Shown: in pieces, positions 45,758 through 46,560 of the stretch
How positions within the stretch are numbered: position 1 is the stretch's first letter
Layout of the letters: every line of letters begins with the position of its first letter
Sequence record: SRR22947727_1365
DNA: 46,560 bases
Direction: 5' to 3' (one strand)
The notes under the pieces: model-generated
Database searches by the model: none
What the model saw: only the letters and a program-made list of their open reading frames with translations
Told to the model about the DNA's origin: nothing
Translations under genes and position numbers: made by a program

Positions 45758-45765
45758 TATTTATA
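45758..45765 (+). promoter_or_regulatory. Late promoter motif TATTTATA
   Basis: Intergenic, before the portal ATG 45782. Confidence 0.65.
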
Positions 45766-45781
45766 TAAAAATATATTTTAG

Positions 45782-46560
45782 ATGGCAGATACATCATTGT
45801 TCGGAAGACTTCAGAGACTATTTTCTAACGACGTAGTTATTAGAAACGTTGGAGGAACGCAGTTAAAAGTAGCGGACACACAATCAATACAGTCTACAGG
45901 TAAAGTTAAGACTAACTCCTTAATGGATAGGTTTACTAGACTGTACACGTATAATAAAGCTAACATCTTTAATCCTAACCTAAACTACCAGACACTTAGG
46001 ATTCAGTTATATTCTGACTATGAAGCAATGGATACAGATCCTATCATAGCATCAGCACTTGACGTAATTGCAGATGAAGCTTCAGTAAAAAATGATCAAA
46101 ACGAAGTTTTAGCAATTAAATCTTCAGATGAAAATATACAGAGAGTTCTTTATAATCTATTCTATGACGTATTAAACATAGAGTTTAACTTATGGTCTTG
46201 GACTAGACAAATGTGTAAGTATGGAGACTTTTTCTTGAAGTTAGAGATAGCAGAGAAGTTTGGAGTATATAACGTACTTCCTTATACTGTTTATCATATT
46301 GCTCGTTTAGAAGGACATGATGAAGAGAATCCTAATAAAGTAGAATTCGAATTAGATCCTGACGGAATTGCAGCATCTTCAGATACTAACTACTTACCTA
46401 ATAGTAAGCAATCAAGTAGAATAAAAATAGATAATTACGAAATGGCTCACTTCAGATTAATATCTGATGTACATTACTTACCTTACGGTAGATCTTATTT
46501 AGAGCCAGCAAGAAAGATATTTAAACAAACTACATTAATGGAAGATGCGATGTTAATTCA
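45782..46560 (+). CDS. Portal protein (T4 gp20-like), truncated by the window end; not in the ORF track
   Basis: Translated by hand: MADTSLFGRL...YSDYEAMDTDPIIASALDVIADE...RQMCKYGDFF...YGRSYLEPARKIFKQ..LMEDAMLI; open to the end, directly after terL. Confidence 0.92.
   Translation, partial: MADTSLFGRLQRLFSNDVVIRNVGGTQLKVADTQSIQSTGKVKTNSLMDRFTRLYTYNKANIFNPNLNYQTLRIQLYSDYEAMDTDPIIASALDVIADEASVKNDQNEVLAIKSSDENIQRVLYNLFYDVLNIEFNLWSWTRQMCKYGDFFLKLEIAEKFGVYNVLPYTVYHIARLEGHDEENPNKVEFELDPDGIAASSDTNYLPNSKQSSRIKIDNYEMAHFRLISDVHYLPYGRSYLEPARKIFKQTTLMEDAMLI

Noticed and set aside
1-46560. tRNA genes and stop-codon reassignment
   Set aside because: No cloverleaf/T-loop signature seen by eye; genes are full length in the standard code and TAA, TAG and TGA all serve as stops

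Overview
A 46.6-kb, AT-rich, densely coding, almost entirely + strand segment of a large tailed dsDNA bacteriophage with T4-like myovirus hallmarks: gp55-like late sigma factor, baseplate hub and wedge (gp5/gp25/gp6-like), S74-chaperone tail fibres, primase, gp17-like terminase and the start of a gp20-like portal. Seven AGTTG-N20-TAT(C/A)TT promoters resemble Bacteroidota/Flavobacteriia sigma promoters and point to that host group. A second motif, TATTTATA, precedes the late gene blocks. The best-supported unexpected element is a complete, ORF-less group I intron (17122-17387) nine sense codons from the end of a 1209-aa virion gene. Its ligated exons would also form a GC-rich structured RNA behind a late-promoter motif. 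Other items of interest: a GT25/sulfotransferase/kinase cassette beside [ST]GS-rich tail proteins, and late proteins with T4-like capsid-targeting N-termini plus a 1335-aa putative polyprotein. All product calls come from motif recognition by eye; no database searches were run.
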